Made by a program: the position numbers and the translations under genes. 64,000 bases of DNA from Bugula neritina (taxonomy: Eukaryota; Animalia; Bryozoa), in the NCBI GenBank assembly GCA_964035545.1, contig OZ037765.1, positions 2,976,001 to 3,040,000 of the forward strand, given 5' to 3'. Below, piece by piece: positions 58,346 to 64,000 of this stretch. Positions within the stretch are counted from its first letter, which is position 1. Every line of letters starts with the position of its first letter. The notes under the pieces were generated by a model. That model was not told the DNA's origin. It made no database searches and was given only the letters and a program-made list of their open reading frames with translations.

Positions 58346-61300
58346 CTAATGTCCTAAGAAAAGTTTAGTGCAAGAGCTATATTGCCAGAATTATCCAATT
58401 AGATACAAGCATATATCTTGTGCTTTTTGCAATCTAAATGCGCCTAAAGAGTCATCTTCTTTCTTTAGCATTTAGAATTAAGCCGAGATATCATATGCAC
58501 GCACTTGTTTCCTAATTTGTAGGCATTGAACTATAGTTTCAGTTCAGTGTTTGTAGGTCCTCGTTTTATTGTTGCCATGAGGGAAGCAAACAAATCCGTC
58601 CACTTTAGTTGCAAAACTTGTTAATTATGATAATAAAAATATGTGACCAGTCGCGACAAAACCGGGGATGTGGCGGCGTTTATAAAGTGTAGTAAATGAA
58701 GGTTTAATTTGGAAATACTTAAATTTGAAATTAGTTTCCAATTTTTAGGTTTTAGACTTTTCTAATACAAAAAAATCCAAGGATTTCAAAAATCATACTT
58801 TCGTAAACATTTGATGATTCCTTCAGCTCTAAAATTGCATTTAAAGTTGGTAACTATGGCGTTCAATTTTTTTAAATGATGAAAAATTTGCGAAGTTATC
58901 AATTAAAGAAAGAAGACAATTTTAGTCATTTTCATAGCGTGAGATCTTCTAAATTTATTTTTTATCAAATAAATTTAGCTTACACCTCTTTCTTCGTATT
59001 GTCAGAAGCATCATATTTAAAATCGAAGGCTAGTTTTAGTTTTTCATCGCGTTCCATCCAAAGTTAGCTTTTAAGTTACTGAGCTGTTTTGCCCTTTAGT
59101 GATAAATGCTAAACTTAATCTTTATCTTTAGCGTTCAAGCTTGAAAACCACAACAATACAGGTAATTATACTCAAAACAATCATTTACGCTACTAACTTA
59201 GAATTGTTGCCAGGATTATTTGTAGTTATCAATTTATTAATAATAATATTTATACTATCACTAGGTGAGTAGGAGTATGTCTTAGAGTTACTGTTAGTCT
59301 ATTCTATTCTATATTACTACTACTACTAGTAACTATTTAAATGACTCTCACAATGACTCACAGTTTGAGGTACGGTTACTCATAATGATAATCATAATGA
59401 ATATTATTCATGTTTTACTGATACTGGTATTTGGTAGTAAAACCAAATGTAGCTCATTAAATTTTTAATATTAATACTAATACTATTAGTATTAATATTA
59501 AAAGTATAGTATAACTATTACTATAAGTAATTAATAATTATAAATTCACTATTACTATTAGTATTACTGTATTAGTATTTGAGTCTGACTCTGAGTTTCG
59601 CCTTTGCTCTTAAAACTTGATACTCATACTGATGGTATTATATTTATTGATTTATTCTATAGTTAATATTTCAATTTACATTAGACTTACTCTTAGTCTT
59701 AGTAACTTTTAGCCTCTGTCTTAGATTTTGTCAATACAGTTACTGATTACTATTACTATTAGTATTAATATTAGGCCTACTAATACTAGTCAAACTACCG
59801 GTTCCTTTTGTGATTTTTAAATTAGCTCAAAGTTTGATTTAAAATATAATGATAAAATCTTTATCACATTATGCAGGCTTACAGTTAGTGTTACTGTCAA
59901 AACTCAATTGATAATCATATTCATATTGATAAAAGCATCACCTATAGCTTAACCAAATTGAAATGATAAATGTAACTAAATGTAAACGAGTATAATGATG
60001 AAATATTAATGCGAGTTCATGATGATTCTATAGTTGACTGACTTGGTTTTTCAGTGAGTTACTTTTAGTCTTTATTTAGTGAGTAGTAACACTAACTGAA
60101 TGCATAAATAGTCTAAACTTTTTAATTTTATTATAAGATGAGCAAATATTTATTCATATTTTAAAGTAATTTATTGAATTCAAATTGATTTTATAGTAAA
60201 TGTTTTTAATAGATTCAGTTGCACTTAGCTAGCTTTTTTACTCTATTAAATGCCTGAGTGGTTAATAGTTATCTAAAGACATTGCTTCAAAATTGCCAAT
60301 TGCAGATATGCTAGATATTCAAGTGCATAATGTGTAATTTTACTGATAATATTATGTTAATATAGAATAATCCGATATTCTGTACGTTTCAGAAAGTGGA
60401 CTTGTGAGGGCATTAGAGTGAAGACTTATACCTACACAACTCTACTCCCTTTCAATCTAATACTTCTAATGTAGACACTCCGGATTTTGGCTTGCAAGGT
60501 TATGGCTTCTGCTTATTTCATTCATAAAAAGGTTTGCAGTCTTTTAATGATGTGCTTGAAAATTATCAAGAATTTTTTTAATTTAAATTGTTCTGTTTAA
60601 TTCAATAAATTTAAACGTTGATGAAATGCAGGATCACAATTAACTGCTGCCATAATAGTACCACAAGAGTGTTTAGCCAACTAAATTTTTATAATATAAC
60701 TGGGTATAATTTCTAATCAAGCTACTGTTTCCTTTTGTTATTTAAAAAAAGTCAACATTGTACTTGCAGCTCTGGAATAGACAATAGATGGGTAGATTGG
60801 CAGAATGGATGTCAAGTAGCAGCATCTATAATTGCTAGAAAATCAGCTGATGATAGTGATGAAGCTTTTGCCACATACATGATGTTATGTGTCCATACTT
60901 CGTAAACTCATATTATGAAGACCTAGGAAGTAGAAAGATGATAAGTGCCTTCTTTGCAACAACCGTAGAAGCTACCTAATTTTCTTTTCTTGATAAGAGT
61001 TAATTCAAGCATAATGGTTGTATCCAGGCTGGATTTTTTACTGCATTTAATTGGTTTTTTAAAATAATGTATTTGGTGTTTTAAATGTGAATATTATTGC
61101 CTAATAAAACTCAAAAGTTCAAATAGCTGATTTTATGTTTATATTTTCAACATGAACATCTCAGCCAAATCAATTGCTAAATTTAGTAGCTGTTAGAGAT
61201 TATAAAGATATTTATAAATGAACCTCGCATGATCTCATAGTAGTCAAATAATTTTCTTATAAGTGTTCTATTCATTAAGCAATAATTATGAAACAGCACA

Positions 61301-61884
61301 GCTCAATAGCTGCAGTTTGATATATTACACGATATATTAGAGGAAAGGGAGATATTCAATGTATAAGAGGAAGCAGCTGCCATTTTGTTTTATATCACTT
61401 CCTGCTGACTTGGATGCTTAATTTTAATATCTCAACACACAAACTTGCTGAAACATCCTCTTCTTTGCTAGAATTGTTAAACCTTTCAACCATTAAACAA
61501 AGTAAAAAGCGAATTGACAAATAAATTAGACAAAAAGTTTGGCGGCCATATTTGACCTAATTTTATGTTGAGGCAGCATGAAATTTAGTTTAACAGAAAG
61601 CCCAAACTTTCACAATTATTTTGATACCAAATTTGTCACTATTTCTTCTATACAAAGACCCGTTGCTAAGGCTTGTAAATTGTAAACAAATAATTCTCAA
61701 CTTATTCTAGAGTTGCCAACTTTAAACGCGATTTTCTCGAAACAGTAATTTAGAAATTCTAAAAACGTTAAAGTTTTCAAATACTGATATCTCGAGTTCT
61801 ATTTATGCTAGAGACTTCAAATAAAGTGCAAAATGTTTGAGAAAGTCTGCTCTATCACTCCATAGTAATAACTAGGTTTTCAAT

Positions 61885-64000
61885 TGTAATAGTATTATAC
61901 TTGAAGTTCACTGAAATATCTTTATTTTGAAAGCACAACTAATCACTACGAACACATTTCTAAGACAGACAACATATATTATATAAACCACAAAGATGAA
62001 GGAATTTAGGACATAAAGGAAAACCACACAACAGCTATAATAATATTTACAAAACGGTTACACAACTGCATGATGCAATGTCATGCACATTACATTTCCC
62101 CCTGATCTTATCAGATCAAACAGATATATAATAAAACAAAAAGAAAAAACGTTTAGTCATCTACATAAAAGTCTGCTAACCACCTAGGTGGCCGTCTATC
62201 TCTTACTGGTCGATCAATCACTTCGTCTACACTTTCACCTTCCTCAACATTTTCACCTTCCTCAACATTTTCACCATCCACAACTCTATTTGCATCTGCA
62301 TCCTCATCAGCATTATCTGGGCTCAGGTTAATTTCAATGTCTCCATGTACCTGAGATTGCTGTTTTGTACTGGACGAAACGTCACCACTTTCCCTGTTCC
62401 CTGCATTAGCCAGTCGGACATCACTTATATGTCGTGTCATACCATCTACCATCACCGCAGTGTTTGACACAACCCTGGTAATCATGCCCTGTGGCCATGC
62501 AGTTGTGCATTTAGAATTCACAGGTTTTACATAAACTTTGTCTCCTACATTGTAGGGGTTTTTTGTAATGTCTGTGGGCTTGCCTATTGCTGATGGTGAT
62601 ACTTTAGGCAGCTTTACATCATAACTGTATAAACTTTGTGAGGGTACTACATTGTTACTATTTGGGGTGTTGTTGTACCAAAATACCATATTTTCTATTG
62701 AAGATCTAGTTCGAGCTGCCATTCTTTTTATAGTCCTGTGATTGCGCTCTATGACACCATTCCCAGATGCTCTATAAGCACAGCTAAATATGTGCTGTAC
62801 ATCCCATTGCCTCAGTAGCTGTTCCAATCTGTCACTTCTGAAACATGGTCCGTTGTCTGACAGTAACTCTGTTGGTGGACCACGTTGCTGAAACACCTTT
62901 AGTAGCTGATTTACCACAGAGTCAGCAGTCTCATTCTGCAACTTTATCCACACAGCGAATCTACTTGGGCCACAGTCGATAATAGTCAAGTATGGTACAC
63001 GATTATAATGACTCACATCCATTGCCAGCCTATACCAATTCTCATTGACCTCCAGAACTCCTCTTTCCCATTGCACTGGAGAAGGATCAATACTCCTGCA
63101 CACAGCACATTCCTTGACTACTCTTTCAACTAACTCCTTGTCTATGCCTCCTCCGAATTTACATTTAGCTAAATAAAATGTTCTTTCAATGCCCAAATGA
63201 TGCATTCCATGCAGCTTGGCTATTTCATCCTTCAGGTCAGCTACATCAGGAGTTGTCACACCTGCACTTGCACAGGTTATTCGCTTACTAAGCCATGCTG
63301 AACTCACCCGTGTCAGAGCATCCGCCCAATTCTCAGCTGATTTCACTAAATGTATTTTTAATGACAGCTTGTACTCTTCTATCAGTTCTGCTATAACACC
63401 TAACCTACGTTTCACAATCATCTCATTCATGCCATTAACTTTTGGTCTGACACTATCATTGATTACAGATGTGACCCACCTGAATACTGACATTGAATCG
63501 GTTTTCACTACAATGTTGCATAGATTCCATTTTAAAGCCAGATTTAGGCCTTTTACCACAGCTTCTAACTCTGCTACATTAATGTGGGTGCAATCATCGG
63601 GTTTTCTCATCCACGAAGCATCCTCCACTATCTGGCCATCTATTTGCACAGACACCCCTATTGCCAAACTGCTTGCATCACACCATACAGTGCCTGCATC
63701 AGTATTAGCCACATGCCACTTTCCTTTCACAGGATCAGATTTTGCAACTCTATCTAATGTCTCTAACAACATTTTTTGGACGTGGTCAGACACAGCACTA
63801 TCCCACATATCTGATTGCGTCAACCTTTTCATAAAACTGCATGCTACCCTAAGCCACCCTGCTACAGGAAAATGTCCAGTCAGTTTACCACACACCGAAA
63901 ACAGCTCTCGCTTGCTTATGTTGCTATTTGACTCAAGAGATGGGAGCTCACCATCACGCTGCCAGCTATAACATGACATGCCGCCTCTCCACCCCTCTCT
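61885..64000 (-). mobile_element. 3' half of a second Ty3/Gypsy LTR retrotransposon, running off the window edge
   Basis: ORF stop at 62153; PPT AGGGGGAAA; 210-bp 3' LTR 62094-61885 with TGTAAT...ATTACA ends and an internal AATAAA. Confidence 0.88.
62153..64000 (-). CDS. Pol C-terminal part: RNase H + integrase (frame open to the window edge)
   Basis: RNase H WCDASS..INVAELEA..KTDS..NWADALTR; integrase HGMHHLG..CAVC, MDVSH, SDNGPCF, NGVIERNHRTIK. The seven codons upstream of the listed ATG contain no stop. Confidence 0.9.
   Translation of the reverse strand, partial: REGWRGGMSCYSWQRDGELPSLESNSNISKRELFSVCGKLTGHFPVAGWLRVACSFMKRLTQSDMWDSAVSDHVQKMLLETLDRVAKSDPVKGKWHVANTDAGTVWCDASSLAIGVSVQIDGQIVEDASWMRKPDDCTHINVAELEAVVKGLNLALKWNLCNIVVKTDSMSVFRWVTSVINDSVRPKVNGMNEMIVKRRLGVIAELIEEYKLSLKIHLVKSAENWADALTRVSSAWLSKRITCASAGVTTPDVADLKDEIAKLHGMHHLGIERTFYLAKCKFGGGIDKELVERVVKECAVCRSIDPSPVQWERGVLEVNENWYRLAMDVSHYNRVPYLTIIDCGPSRFAVWIKLQNETADSVVNQLLKVFQQRGPPTELLSDNGPCFRSDRLEQLLRQWDVQHIFSCAYRASGNGVIERNHRTIKRMAARTRSSIENMVFWYNNTPNSNNVVPSQSLYSYDVKLPKVSPSAIGKPTDITKNPYNVGDKVYVKPVNSKCTTAWPQGMITRVVSNTAVMVDGMTRHISDVRLANAGNRESGDVSSSTKQQSQVHGDIEINLSPDNADEDADANRVVDGENVEEGENVEEGESVDEVIDRPVRDRRPPRWLADFYVDD

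Noticed and set aside
58645-59160. Possible DNA-transposon terminus (ATATGTGACCAGTCGCGAC...) and similar-looking sequence at 61680-61880
   Set aside because: No partner TIR or TSD identifiable within the window.
63216-63971. 251-aa plus-strand ORF
   Set aside because: Antisense shadow of the Gypsy pol ORF with no recognisable motifs; the same applies to small antisense ORFs within 32527-36342 and opposite the TIR exons.

Overview
AT-rich eukaryotic DNA, most likely an invertebrate animal (spliceosomal introns, (TA)n tracts, tRNA-derived SINEs); no CRISPR arrays, rRNA genes or prokaryotic systems seen. Four intron-containing genes were reconstructed by hand with phase-consistent splice sites. 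(1) A + strand RING / coiled-coil / HERC2-KEG-type SH3-repeat E3 ligase candidate (9227-13886, 12 coding exons, ~519 aa). (2, 3) Two tandem - strand PX-SH3-SH3-SH3 paralogues of the SH3PXD2(Tks)/p47phox NADPH-oxidase-organiser family (17488-22673 and 24993-36856, 10 coding exons each). (4) A 23-exon - strand gene (39592-57039, ~1455 aa) with an exact 7-exon internal duplication of a helical region, then coiled coil, Death domain, two TIR domains that both keep the putative catalytic Glu, a Lys/Glu/Pro repeat linker and a C-terminal CaaX box (CVLL). Mobile DNA includes a Penelope-like GIY-YIG fragment forming a 658-bp-arm inverted repeat with a minimal hammerhead ribozyme in each arm, a further degenerate hammerhead near 2580, an intact Mag-type Ty3/Gypsy element in an intron, the 3' half of a second Gypsy element, a solo LTR with a nested CACTG-ended MITE, five near-complete SINE copies plus one SINE head, and several MITEs and minisatellites. 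The best candidates for novel biology are the possibly prenylated Death-TIR-TIR protein, the divergent NOX-organiser pair and the RING-KEG-repeat architecture. All calls come from reading the sequence; no database searches were run.
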